Part shown: in pieces, positions 14,300 through 28,327 of the stretch
Layout of the letters: every line of letters starts with the position of its first letter
Numbering within the stretch: the first letter of the stretch is position 1
Origin: Chrysomallon squamiferum
Taxonomy: Eukaryota; Animalia; Mollusca
Assembly: GCA_012295275.1 (NCBI GenBank)
Contig: CM022673.1
Span: 19,778,001-19,842,000, forward strand
Reading direction: 5' to 3'
DNA length: 64,000 nt
Program-made: the position numbers and the translations under genes
The notes under the pieces: generated by a model
Databases searched by the model: none
What the model was told of the DNA's origin: nothing
The model's input: the letters and a program-made list of their open reading frames with translations, nothing else

Positions 14300-14817
14300 T
14301 ATAAAATTCAATTAACAAATTACAAAATGAAACAAAATAAAAAAACCCAGTCAGAAAATATTAACTGGTATTTTCTACAATTGACGCACCGTTATTAATA
14401 ATGTAACTACGCAGTATTTTCTATTATTTCGCAATACGATTACCCGAGTACCAGTCCTGGTTTGAATACGCGACAAAATAATATCGGTCTTAAAATTTAA
14501 AGTAGGTTTCTTATGCAGTGTTATTAAAATTTAAAAAAAGGTTAAAATATTTTATATTACGAAACGAAAAACAGAATTCATTATTTTTAAAGAACAAAAA
14601 TATTGATTGAAAACGATTATTCATGCTGGCATATTTAAAAATCAAAACCAATGTAAAACATTACTAAATTTGTCAATGAATTCAATGATCGTAATCGATC
14701 TTCCGTTTGATGATCAGAATTTGTGATTTTCTTCACACTTTCAGTTATCATTCGAAAAATCATAAATTAGGAAATTTTTTGTCATAGATGTGGCTGATGA
14801 ATCCTGAAAATGAATAA
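14300..14817. promoter_or_regulatory. Putative bidirectional promoter shared by MPLKIP and WDR24, including a probable non-coding first exon of WDR24
   Basis: The divergent ATGs are 983 bp apart. CpG is locally enriched relative to the flanks, with CTTCCG (ETS-like) and ATCGAT at ~14694-14706. A donor-like AA|GTAATT at 14818 could splice to the acceptor at 15273. Confidence 0.55.
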
Positions 14818-15281
14818 GTAATTAACATGTGAACATAATTTACCTATGCTAGTAATTTTATAATTTGTTATAAAAAGTGGGGAGAATTAAATAACAAAAG
14901 AAACTAGTACACTTTTAAACTTTTAAAGGCATTTGTAGTTTTCTTTTCTTTTCTTATTATATATATATTTTTTTATGAAAACATTTATTTTGACCATATA
15001 TAAATAGGCACATACAGTGATACACTAATGTGAAGGGAAAACTTTTTTTTTATTTGGTTCACATTTAATAAAAATTAATAGATCAATAACACCTTCCCAT
15101 TTCTTCATCCATCCTTCGTTGTTTCTTGACATAATCTTTTAAATATATCATGCTTCTTATGTATTTCAAGTATGACATGCTTTTTTCTTCCATCTTTCTT
15201 TTCTTTATACTATGTCTGAATACTGATGCAGTCATTGTTCCTGTCCAAACTGTTAAAAGTGTTTTATTTTTAGTGTTCCCA

Positions 15282-18200
15282 ATGACAGATTATGGAATGA
15301 ATTTTAGTTGTGAGGGTCCAGTTAATGCTATTGCTGTCAACAAAGATTGTTCTTTTGTAATAGCAGCTGGCAGAACAGGTAAAATCCTTTTTTTCTCATG
15401 ACCTATAACATAAGTTGCAGAATGAGTATTCCTGCACTGCACAGAACAGTTGTGAAGACATAATTGTTAATCTTTGAATTTAATTGCTTATTTTATAAAC
15501 TATGCCCATTATCTAAGGTTATAAAAGTTCAAGACTAGAATTTATCTGTTTTCTAAATATTTATTTTTCTTGTTTAAGAAATTCATCAAATTTAATTTGT
15601 AATCGGAAAATGAAATAAAATTTGTCAATTAGAAAATATAAAAATATATCTTACTTAAAATTTGATATTTCATAGAAAACATAAAACCATGTCTTAATTA
15701 AAATCTGACATTTGTAGTGATTGCTTTAATAAAAAATTTTCTGTCAGTGTTATTTTATGTATTATCTGTGAAAATATGTAGTAACAAATCAAAATTATGA
15801 ATGTCTCATCCAAAATAATGTATTTTCAGTTTTTCGGATTATATCAATTGAAGATGACATGTTTAAAGAGAGAGCAAATCTTCGTGTTGGAAACAGGATT
15901 AACCTGAATTATTCAGCTGCTGATGTTTCTTGGAATCACATTGATGGTAAAACAATATGTTTATATTTCTTACTAATAAGTACTAAGTCACATCATTATG
16001 TACTCCTGGATTATATTTTTATATAAAATAAAATGGAATAAAGCAATAGTAAATGAAAGCTCTAAGTAACAAGTATTGTTGTTTCTCACATTAACATACA
16101 TTATTAACATACATCAAAATTACATTTTCTCTTTCTAAATTAAAGCTGAAAAATAATTAATTGATAAGATATGAAAACATAATTTTTATATATGTTTTCT
16201 TATGGAAACATTATGAATTAATTGTTCTTTTTAAATAGATTTTTATTTTACCTTTTTTAATTTACTGTGTTGGTATTATTATTACATATAATATTAAATT
16301 GCAAGATTTATCATTATTGTTTTATCTGTTATGTAATGTGAAATTCTGTAATTTGTATCATTGTTAGTATTTTTTCTAAATATACAATCATTACACATTA
16401 AATGTGAAATAGTTACTGTTGTGCTTTTATTTTACAGAATCTATTCTAGCATCTGCTGCAACAAATGGTTCTGTTGTGATTTGGGATTTAAATAAGATTT
16501 CCAGATCAAAACAAGGTAATATTACTTATCCCAATCTACTTATAAAGATACTACATTAGAAAACATTCATGTGATTGTATGTGCAGAAAATGCAGAAAAT
16601 TCCTATCCTAAGTATCAGATAAAAAAAGGAATATTCAACGTAATTATTATGTTACATAACATATTTCAAAAGAACATCAAAATCTTTATTAAGTATTTGT
16701 TGTGCAGTCTAGGATGGTACATGATGTCAAAATTAGAAAACTGAAAAATAGGATGAAAACAGAAATTTTTATTTTATTATTATTCTTGTTTTTGTCTCTA
16801 TTTTGAATATTTAATGTTTTTACCAACTTGTTACAAAAACTTTGTAAAAAAAGGGAATAAAAGAAACTGATATTAATGCTGATAAAACATTTGTAACTGT
16901 CATTTCTTTTGTCGGTGCCCATGTTCATCAATGTTTCCATCTGAGGAGTTTGGGCTATTTAATCTAGTTATCCTGTAATGACATGAACAATTGGACAGAG
17001 CCATACTTAACAAAGTATCATGTAGCATGCATTTTTCTGAGAGCTCATGTGGTTGGAAGAAAGAGGGCTTACCATATATTACACAGTGAATGGGATTTGT
17101 AGAGAAACATTAACATTTTTGCACAAAACTGGACAAAATGCACTCATCAAGTACTTCGAAAAACGTACATGGAAATGTTAAAAATTATCCATACTTTGAA
17201 GATGGAGGATAGTGTTTATGTGACACATTTTCTTTCAAATTTTGCTGAGACACATGGAATGCATTTGCCATGATCAGTCCATGGGTGCTGGCAAGTGGAT
17301 TTGATGTTACCAACAAATTGCTCAAAACTGAAAGTGTATGATGATTACTGTACTGTTATTACATTGACTGATCATCAAAATGTTTCTGTTGCGACATTTC
17401 ACCAACTGTGGAGCAATCCTTGCTCTTTACTGTGACAATATGCCCTGCCAGTGATTTATGCTAGTTTTGTCAGAGATCCCAGCAAAATATGAGTCAGGTT
17501 GCAAACAAGTCAGATGAAGAAAAGGCAAACCTACATAAGATTGCCATTGAACATTTGTATCATGTCAGCAGAGAGCAAGTATTCTTTCAAATGATTTGGA
17601 AAGAAAAACAAAAGGCCAAAATATACCAAGAGTTTGAAGTAGTGTCAAAGCAGGTGACTTTCTTAATTGATGAGTCAGTACAGAAAAGGAAACGTGTTAA
17701 TTGTATGATTAGTCTTCTCCATTACTATCTTCAGAACTATAGCTTGAGGGATGAAAAACATGCTTTGGAAACTACTCACTGGTCGATAATGACTCGGTGA
17801 GAAATTGACTGTCTGCAAGGCATAGCTCAAGTGATTTAGCAGTTTAGCTCAATGTACCATATCTTGGTGGACTGTAAGATGGTACTGTTTTTGTTCCTGT
17901 GTATAACTGGTCAGCTTTCCTTGGACAAACTGAGATATATGAACATTTCCATATTTAGTAAAGCAGTATAGCAGTCAAAATAAATGTGTATTGATATTCT
18001 GAACCCACCTATCAGAACCTGCTTAAAGTGTATACTGATAACTTGAATGACAGTAGTCAGATGAGATCAAGCCAAATGATCTTGATATTAAGGAGCCATA
18101 GTACTTATGTTAGTGAAGGAGTTGCCGCATCTACATCTTGAAGTACATATCAAATGTTATGGGTCAAATAGGTGAAGAGAGTGCAACTCCAACACCATCA

Positions 18201-21200
18201 CCACCACATAAATGTACTCATTGTGAACATGGCCATTCCACAAAGCAGTGAAAATAAAATACATATATCATCTTCTGTTTTATGTTTAATGTTTAAACCC
18301 ATCTTCATCTGATGTCAAGTTGATCTGATTACAGCTTTTTGAAATATGGAAGTTTTTCATGCATATTATAAAAATAAAGCCTGATATAAGTAGTTTTATA
18401 TTAAAATAAATCATATTTGGATAGGCATGTCCTTTATTATACAATAAGTTCAGTTCAAATAAAACTAGTGACAAAATTCAAAATTGTTTGAAAATCTAAA
18501 CAAAAAATTATTTTTAATAATTAAAAAAAAAAATTAAATACTGATTATTATATCCATTTTTTTTTCACCATGTGAAGAGTTTTGCCAGATTACTTCACAT
18601 TTATTTTGAAAATTTGTAAGATCAGAAAAAAAGAGTTATTGTTTTATTTTTCAGAACATGTTTTTAGTGATCACAAGAGGTCAGTAAACAGAGTTAATTT
18701 TCACTCATTTGAAAGTAATCTCTTGCTCAGTGGTTCACAGGATGGCACTATGATGCTTTTTGTAAGTAGTCTGTTATGTCTCTTATTTTTATTTATACTA
18801 GAAGTAAAGTCAACGTAAAACACATCTCAGTTGTAAAATGAAAATTCAGCATAACTACTATTCAGTTTTAGCAGTGTGTTGAAGGTCAGCAGAGTAGCTG
18901 TGTTTGTTAGGAAAGTCATTTGGCTACATCTATTATTTTTCTGGAAAGAATATTGTGAAATATCTGTTTGTTCAGTTCCGGAAAATAGAAAGCATTTTAT
19001 ATTTTGATGGGTTTATGGATGATTATTTTAATTTGACATTGTTATGTACACAGGGATTATATTTTTATTGAGTATAATGATACTGCTAATTTAACAGAAA
19101 ATATCTGCCTGCCAACTATGTAATGCTGGCAGAGTTGAAATGATCATTGAACAAAAGGAAGGAATCATGATAACTGTGGACTTGCTTGACAAGCAGACAG
19201 TTAATATTTTATCAACTTTACCAAACTCACTGCAACAAAATACACTAGAAAAAAACAACAAAAAAAAACCATTTTAAATATCACACACAATTTGGTGTGC
19301 TGTAGGTTTTTCATAAAATCCTTCATTATTCATGACATTGCTACTTATATCATAAACATACTGAAATACACGTTTTTTCAGTCTGAGTTTTACAGATTTA
19401 TTTGTAATGTTAAATCATATTTTAATTATTAAGATGTGGAAATAAAACTTGATGTTAAAGTATGCCACTATTCTAATGAATAAAACTGGATTGAAATAAA
19501 ATATACTTTATCATGATTAAGCGCATGGGTAGATGGTTTATTTCGCAGTTGCTCTTTGTTATTTTACTAAATGTATTTTAATCCTATGTTTAATTTTTGA
19601 TATATAATAATTATAGGATGTAAGAAAACGTTCAGTCAGTTTGGTTTTTGCTGGTAAAAGTTCAGAGAGCGTTCGTGATGTGCAGTGGTGTCCTACCAAT
19701 CATTCTTCCTTCAACTTTGGTGCTGCATATGATAACGGAAATGTTCAGGTAATAATAATTAATTTTAAATACAATTATAATCTTTATTGCATTTAAACAC
19801 GTACAGTTGAACATAACATGGGAAAATATTTCATACATGGGAACACGTATCTCATTGTCATGCTGTTTTTCTCTCTCTCTCTCTCTCTACTATCTCTTTC
19901 CATCATCCTCTGTAATGTGATGTGCATGTATTATGAGTATGTTAATCAGTAGATACTGATTTGATTTTTAAATTATATTATTATTTAAAATGTGCATTTG
20001 TAAATGTGTTTTATGTGTATTGATTACATTATATACATTTTTGTATTAGATTTGGGACATGCGACGACCTGATCGGTGTGAGAAACAGTTCACAGCTCAC
20101 AGTGGTCCTGTCTTTTCACTTGACTGGCATCCAGAAGACAAATATATTTTAGCAACAGCAGGCAGGGACAAAATGATAAAGGTATAAAGATCAAAATTAT
20201 CCTAAAAGAGTTTAAAATAAACATTATTTGTGTATGTATAAAGTTCACTGTTAGCCAATATAAAATGCTAAAAATACATAACATAAAAACATATCCTTTT
20301 CAGAGTGAAAACAATAAAGCAAATCCATTGTTTATACTTGCAAAATAAGGTAAAATTTGTCTGTTAATGAAAAGTTTTTTTTATTTTTTATTAATCATAC
20401 CTTTTATATTGAGTTTGAAAAGATAAATAAAAAATACATTTTGCTTTTCAGTCACAATTAAAAGATGCTGTTAAATCATTATTATTATTTTTAAAATTAT
20501 TATTATATGTTTATGTTTGTTGTTTTATTGATAAATCACATATTCATAACTTTTTGCTGTATTAAATGTTTAAATTTTAAGGTTTGGGATTGTCAGAAAA
20601 TGCCAGCTAAAATGCAGTATTGTGTTCAAACAATAGCATCAGTGGGTCGAATAAAATGGCGACCACAACGTAAAAACCAGATAGCCAGTGCTGCTCTTAT
20701 TGTGGACCATACAGTTAATGTCTGGGATCTTAAACGACCTTACATACCCTTTGCAACATTTGACGAACATACAGACCTTACCACTTGTAAATGTTATACA
20801 GCATCAACATAGTGATTTTCAGTCTTTAGAACTGATTGTTGATATAGTTATTTGACTTTAGAAGAATTCAAATTAGTATGATATTTAAAATGTTGTTAGA
20901 ACAATTGAGAGCAAATTTTAAAATTATTGGCTGGGAACTTTTTTATGCATTTTGAAAAGAAATCAGTATGATGTTAATTATTGGATTTTCTTAATGATGT
21001 TTATGATTTCATACTGCAGAAAAAAAATATGTATAGCTGTTATAATCAAAAATATAATTTTAAATTTTCACATCACTTTCAACTGATTTTACATCAATTT
21101 AAGTATTAATCATTTTCAAGTTTGCATAGCACAAAAGATACTTATAAAATGAGTTACGTGCATTGTTTAGGCATTGTCTGGAAGAATGACCCCCATATCT

Positions 21201-24200
21201 TTCTGACATCAGGAAAGGATGGTTTGATTATTCAACATGCTTTCAAGGATGCCAAGAGACCAGCAGACATGGTGGTACCTGCTGGAATTGATATAAGTAT
21301 AGATGGCAATATTTCACACGCTTACACAGAAAAACCAGGAGCTATCAGTATGTTAATTATAATTTTAACATAAATACAGATTATTTAACATTTCATTTTT
21401 TCTTTATTGCCTGTTTCAAATCTGTAGGGGTTGTTTCATATTTATTTTAATTTTTTTGATTTTCTTGTTTATTTATTGTTTTTACTACTTGAAATTGTTT
21501 ATTTATCATTAAAACCTTTCTTTGCACAACTTCAGAATTAATTTATTGCTTTAATTAAAAAAAAAAAATAGTAATAAAAGGGTATGAAGTTCCTTGGTGC
21601 ATACTGAGAGGTGATCTATTTTAAATGTAATGATGTTAAATTAAGTTTATAATGGAAAAACAAATCCAACCAAACAAAGAGCTATTCTTTGAATATAAAT
21701 TTCTCACAACTGATTCTTTTTTGAATTTTACTTTTGTTTTACTTTCTTTTCAGGTGTCAAATCAAGCAGTTCCAGTCGTATTTCACTATTTAAAACAAAA
21801 CTACCTGATAGGACAGAACAATTTGCCTTCGCTAGTAGTAGACTCAGTGTATTTGAAACACAGACACTTGATGAGGTAGGAAAAATTAAGTCAAGAAAAT
21901 AAACACTGGTTTGTAAATATTTATTTTGCAGTTTTAATATTCTTTATCAGCTAGATAAGTTTGTTATTATAATATTTGACCTGGATTAGAATATGTTCCT
22001 CAAATGGATTATTTAAAACAAAATATGTCAAAATTTGTATTGGTAACTTTTTGAAATCAAAAGTTGTTTATTACTTGATATTTTGAAAATAACTGTTTCA
22101 TTGTTCTTCAGGCTGTGTCTATGCATTGGTTTGTGGAAGCTGCTCACCAGTACAAACTAACAGGTTCTTCCACAGAGGAGCTGTGTTCTCACAATGCTAA
22201 TGTGGCACAAACACTAAATCTAAGTCATGTAATGAAATAAAATTCTATACTTTCTCTTTATCTTTCTGCTTTTATTGTGAGTGATCTCTTCTCATTTAGG
22301 TTTTTTCCTGTTCCAGTTACACAGATAGTTATAAATATTAAATGTTTTGCTTTCTAGGTCTTGGAGAAATATATATGACATTTCTCATAATCACTAAATA
22401 CCTGCTCAGGGAATGGCAATTGCAAATTGCATGTTTGACATAATCATTAAAATTAAAGTGTTGATATGTTAATGGAATATTTATTATGACTGAATGATAT
22501 CAAATAGAAATATATATTATTTTATTGAATTATTTATTGATCCTTTACATTTAATAGATTTATTTACATTATTTTTACCAAAATTTACTCATGTTCTATA
22601 AATGTATTCAATTTGTGTGTCTCTGTCTGTATAATTAAGTATAAATTGGTGAAATGTGGTTTTATAACAAAATGATGAAGGTAAATGTAAATTTATTAAA
22701 ATGTATTTATTTCTGAATATATGATTATATCTAAGATTTTGTTTTAAACATTTTATATCTTTATTATTATGGAAAAATAGTGTAGATATAAAAAAATGAC
22801 ATTTTCTTCCAGATTGCTTCTGTATGGCGTATGTTACAAATAATGCATTGTGGAAGTCCATTGTCAAATAGCCATCAGTCTTGTCTGCCATCATGTACAA
22901 CATCTGTCTCAGCTGTGACAAGTGAAAAACAAGAAAGTGATAAAGGTTTATTTCACTTTTACATTTAAGTTGAATACAAAAAAGTACGTGATTAATTTAG
23001 TATATTTGAATCCATGTTTGTAGAACTCTGTAAGGGGGAAAAAACATCTGAACTCAGATAATGGCTGATAATAAATGTATAAATGAAGATGTGAAAACAA
23101 ATGTGTTGCGTTTTCACAAATTGAGTCAAATACTGTTTCTTGTGAAAAAATGACAAATCTATTGATTTTGAGATTTTTCCCTAACCTTTTATCAATTCCC
23201 ACTGTTGATAGCATCCCAAAAAATATTTTTTATTTATTATCAAGTGATTTCTGTAAAAGTGTGAAAATTCATTTGCTAAACTGTCTTGGAAATATGCACA
23301 ATTCAGCTAATTTTGAGACAATCCCTGACAAACCATGCATCACTGGAAAGCTTGAAAGATCATCTTTCCTTATGTGGGCATCAATGTTAATATGTTAAAA
23401 TCTGTGCTGTTCAACATCTTAGATTGCTTAGAACACATCCAATTTAATGTTCAGCAGTGTCAAATATTTTGATCATATTATAGCAATGACAAGATCATGC
23501 CTGTAATTGTTGATCTTGTTTATTCAGTGATAGGTCATTTAATAAACCTATAAATAAATGTGTGCACTTTGCTTAGCAGCTGACACAGATAAAAGAATAA
23601 GAAAGAAAGAATGTTGACAGCATTTGAATGTAATCCTGCACAGTTTGATTGAAGAATATTTTTGGGAGGATTTAACAGTGAAAATGACTTCCAAACTGTG
23701 ATGGAAGCAAAGGGACAAGATTTTCCTTATCAACTATACCACATAGGTGAGGCAGAGGGAAAAAAAAAAAAAATATATATATATATACATATCAATTACT
23801 TAAAGTGATTGGCCTTAAAAATGTTCATACTTGCGTAAGTAGATACAGTTGTACTAAGATATATTTTTGTTTTTCCTGTTCTTAGCAAAGTAATTAAATT
23901 TATTCTTGATATTTACTTACATTTTGTGTTTATGCTTGTATCAAAAAGCTACAAAGAGAATGATTGTATTTTAGAATGCTACAAATTTAGTCCATCTAAA
24001 CTGAGAGATTTTTTCAGGTTTGAGCCTTTGTCACCAAATAGGGAAATTATATAACCAATTATTTTTATTATAAAAGTACTGCAAGTAATTTCATTATCTT
24101 TAAACTATTAGATAAGTTCATTTAATTAAATGTAAAGAGCAACATATTTCTTTTTAGTGACATGATGAAAATTACACAGAGATAATTAATTATTTTATTA

Positions 24201-27200
24201 TTAATTATTTCCAATAATTTTATTTTAATTATTAATACAGAAGCAAGAAAAAGCAATTGATTGGTCTAAGTTTAAGTTTAATGTGTTGAAATATATAAAA
24301 AGGGTAGTGCAAGTTCTTGATTTTTTTTAGTGATGGTAGGAACTACAAAATAAAGATAGTGTATTCATATTTACAGACTATTATGACAATACTGATATCT
24401 TTAAATACCCCCAAAATAAACAGTATACTTTGAAAGCTGTTTTCTGTATTTTAAAGTCTTTATCAAGCCATAACTCCCATTATAATTGATAGGTCTTTTA
24501 TTATAATATATCATAAGAAAGCAGAAATGCTGCTGTTTCAGATGATATTAATTTTTCACACATCAAACATACGACTTATTTTGTGAAACGCAACACAAAT
24601 ATTTATATTATCCATGAAGGAAAATAAGCCTTGCAGTAAATTCCTTTTTATACTGGAATTCGGTTCAGTTAACACATACCATGTCATTAATGTGCTGGGT
24701 AATCAATCCAATTCGAATAACAATTAGTGAACTGATTTTCAAAAACTAAAATCTGTTTTTAGTTTTATTTACCAAACTGTATTGACTTGAAGTTTGTAAC
24801 GTTATTATCACACCTAAATATAAATAACTAATACTCTTAAATACCATATAAATTTTGTAATGTTTCATTCATGTTTTGTCAGTGATGATGTGTTTCACAA
24901 ATTGGTCAGTGGGCAGTTTGACCAAGCCTGGTTTGAAATATAAACTGATTCAGCACAAAGTCCAAAGCAAAAAATATCTAAAACATTTTACATCTTTATA
25001 GTCATGTTATCATTGTGCAAAAATATATTTATTAAAAAAAGGAAAAAGAAAATAGTGTTTAACCATTATACACCTGCCTTGTGTTCTTTTATAAGTAATT
25101 GTATTGTTTGTTGTTGTTTTTTTTTGGTTTTTTTTCTCTATTCTGTATAAATCCCTGTGTGTTCATGATAGCAACTGAATTTAGCTTTGTGCAGAAAACT
25201 GCACAGTGGTAACTATATTGACATATCTTTGCATTACTACACATACTAAGTGTAACATAATTCACTTGCTGATTGAAGAAAACTGTCAATTTGTGTTGTC
25301 ATGAGAAGATAAACACTTCTGTCTCACTTCTCCCTGTTTTGGCTTCTCCCAAAACTGAACTCTGATACCTAACAAAAACATACAAAATTAATAATAAAGG
25401 TTATAAATTACTGTGTATGTTTAAGAATTATTTCTTACCTGGAACTGGAAGTATGTTTATGAATTTATTTCAGCTCTGAGCATGCCACCAACAAAACCAG
25501 TAGTGGAAAACAACACAGATACATCAGGAAATGACCTTGACACAGACCATATTGCAGATGTAACTTCAGGTAACTTTATTAAAAATGGAGTAAACTAGCA
25601 GTTAATTATGTATGGTAGATTATTTTCTCATGCATCTTTCACTGGTTAATATTAAATCTTTTTAGTTTATTTGTTTCACATATATGCAGAATTTGATTAA
25701 ATATTTTTGCTATCAATACAAACATACATATTAAATAAGAATGAATATTACAGATAAGAAATCTGGTGAGAATACATACACAAACGTGCAGATATTATAT
25801 ATATATATATATATAATTAAAAACAGGGAACAGTGACAGTGACTCTGATGGTGAGAGTTCAGAATTGGAAAAAGTAACAGATATTGCCAGTCGTATGGCT
25901 TCAAGGACAGGAGATTTCTTTTTTGGTGATGGAGAATTAGATTTAGTGACATATAGTCTAGATGCAGTTTCCAGCATGGATAATATGGAAGTAAGAGGCT
26001 TTATTATTAATTTTTTTCATTTTGTTTTTATTTTCATCAGTTTTTTTGAAAATTAATAGTCTAAATGATCATAAATTAATTATGTCTTATATTTACTAGA
26101 ACTTACTTACAATAAACAGAACAATGTGAGAAGGAGAATCTGTATGGGGAAAGGTTTGTAGTTACTGGGTTAATCTAAGTGAGATTAATAATCATAAGAA
26201 TTTTTTAATTTTCAGGATTGGACGTTGCCAAGTGAAGCATTCCAGCCACGCCATGAACTGACTGCTCAAACAACACCTCCTGAGATTGATAGTACTCATG
26301 ATGGTTTTACAAATCATACAAATAGTGGTGATCTGGTGCTACAGCACCCCCTGTCTGAAACTGAAGATCAGGATCTTCTTGTCAAAGTGAAACCCCTCTG
26401 CCAGTTCATCCAAGCAATTGATTTCTCTCATCACATTGCAAATATATTGAAATCCTTTGCAGAACAGGCAAGTATTTATAAACAGCTTAGTGGACTTATG
26501 ACATGGGACATTATTCACTTGTCAGAACTTGAAGAAGGAAAACGTAAAGGATTTTTTTCAAAAAGAATGGCTGTAAATTTCTTTATTTAGTGAATTCTCT
26601 TTGCAGAACACAATTAAACATTTTTGAAAAATTTGTAAACTACCCTTTTTTGAGGAAAATGAGTTAACAAATTTGTTTTTAATAGTCAGCTAATTTAGTT
26701 TTAACTTAGGCCCATTTGTGGGTGTGTAAATTTACTTTCCAGACAGCAGAAAAATGCACCTCCTTAATTTTAGATTTAAAAATTGTCATTGGAGCATGTC
26801 CCTGCAGCTCTCTAATAAAGGATTACTGATTACACATATCACCTCCACCTCCATATAAATTTCTGCAAATGGGTCTTAGATGGGTTAATACATTTTTCTT
26901 CATCCATATAATATTGTCAGTTAAGTATTTCTTTGACATGAACAATATGGCTTTCTGTAATAGGGTCCTTAAGGACTAAGTTATATATTTATATATAACT
27001 GGTATTGTTCGTATCAAACATTTAAAAATATATATTCATACTTGTGATTTTATTTAGTATTAATATATAAAATTTAATATTCCTTTATGTTTTATATCAA
27101 CATGTACTAAAGACACAAAAAGTCATAATTTCATGTTACCTATTAAAGGGTGATGTTCAAACCCCAATTTGTATGACAATAGTGCTTGGAGGTCGTGTGA

Positions 27201-28327
27201 AACACATTGATGAACAGTTAGAGGAAAATTGGTTTATGTCTTATATTGGTAAATATTTTGTGGAATTATTATTTTATTATGTCATCTAAAAAATAGTGGT
27301 AAATAAAGTTTTTGTGAAACTCACTTTATTTAAGTCAAGTAAACTTTGCCATTAATTTACTTAAGATGTAGGTAAACAAGCTAGAATAAGTAAATCATTG
27401 AAAAAATGTCTTGTATATGTCAGTCCATGCTTTTTTTTCATTTCTGTGAAAGCTGTCATGTCATATAATTGTGTTAGAATAAAAAGAAACATTTAGAACT
27501 GTTCAGTCTAAATTTTATTTATAATTGCTGCCACAGGTATATGTTATGGTAATTTAATGACAGATTTCTCAAAGAAACATAAACTGGATTAAACCTTTGT
27601 AATTGGAGATTATTATTTAAATTTTTCAGTTGATTTTAACAACATTTATAGTTCTAGAAAGTTAAATAGTCTGAAATCTAATAATAATTTTATTTTAAAA
27701 CTTTACAATCGCAGATCTTTTAGGGAGATTTAAACTGTGGAATCAGGCAAATGAGATGATAAAATTATGTAGTCTTCCACAAGTGTACATGTTGAATCAG
27801 CAGTCAACCACAATCTATACGGCTTGCTCCAAATGTAATCGACTAATGCAGCGTGCAGGCTGGCTCTGTGATCGCTGTAAAGTGGTTCTCAATCTATGTA
27901 GTGTATGGTTTGTAAATTAATTTTATTTTTTATTTTAATTTCAAACTTTAACTGTTCAAATATGTGTTTATATATGTGTTGTTTTATAACTTTATATTAA
28001 TTAACAATACAACTTTAATAATATTTCTACAAAGATGTAAAAACTACCAGTGATTTTGTTAAAATTACTATTTGTTTTTTAAACTACCTGAATAAATTAT
28101 TATGTAGCATAGAAAGAATCATATAACTGAAAAATATAAATGTTTATAATTTGTTTTGAATATTTAAATCGTTCTGAATTTCTGTTTTCAGTTATTTGCC
28201 AGTAAGGGGTTTGTTTGTTTGGTGTCAAGGTTGTTGTCATGGAGGACATTTGAAACATATAGAGAGATGGTTAACTCAGAGTCAGTGTTGTCCAGCTGGT
28301 TGTGGTCATTTCTGTGAGTACATGTGA
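15282..28327 (+). CDS. WDR24: GATOR2 complex subunit WDR24 (WD40 repeats + C-terminal Zn-finger/RING), ~785 aa, 17 coding exons
   Basis: Exons read by hand, all phase-compatible (sum 2358 nt): 15282-15378, 15830-15946, 16438-16515, 18655-18761, 19617-19748, 20050-20181, 20582-20786, 21171-21347, 21754-21875, 22112-22228, 22813-22945, 25474-25569, 25827-25990, 26216-26467, 27149-27248, 27715-27907, 28192-28327. Motifs match WDR24: [97 protein letters not shown]. Confidence 0.96.
17030..18250 (+). mobile_element. Decayed DNA-transposon transposase remnant (Sola-like/DUF7869-type) in WDR24 intron 3
   Basis: Broken frames give [54 protein letters not shown]...[11 protein letters not shown] and [10 protein letters not shown]. 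These resemble motifs of that transposase family and occur in the expected order. The family label is from memory. Confidence 0.6.

Noticed and set aside
15150-15281. Signal-peptide-like N-terminus on the first WDR24 ORF
   Set aside because: It lies upstream of the acceptor at 15273 and is T-rich intron sequence; WDR24 is cytosolic.
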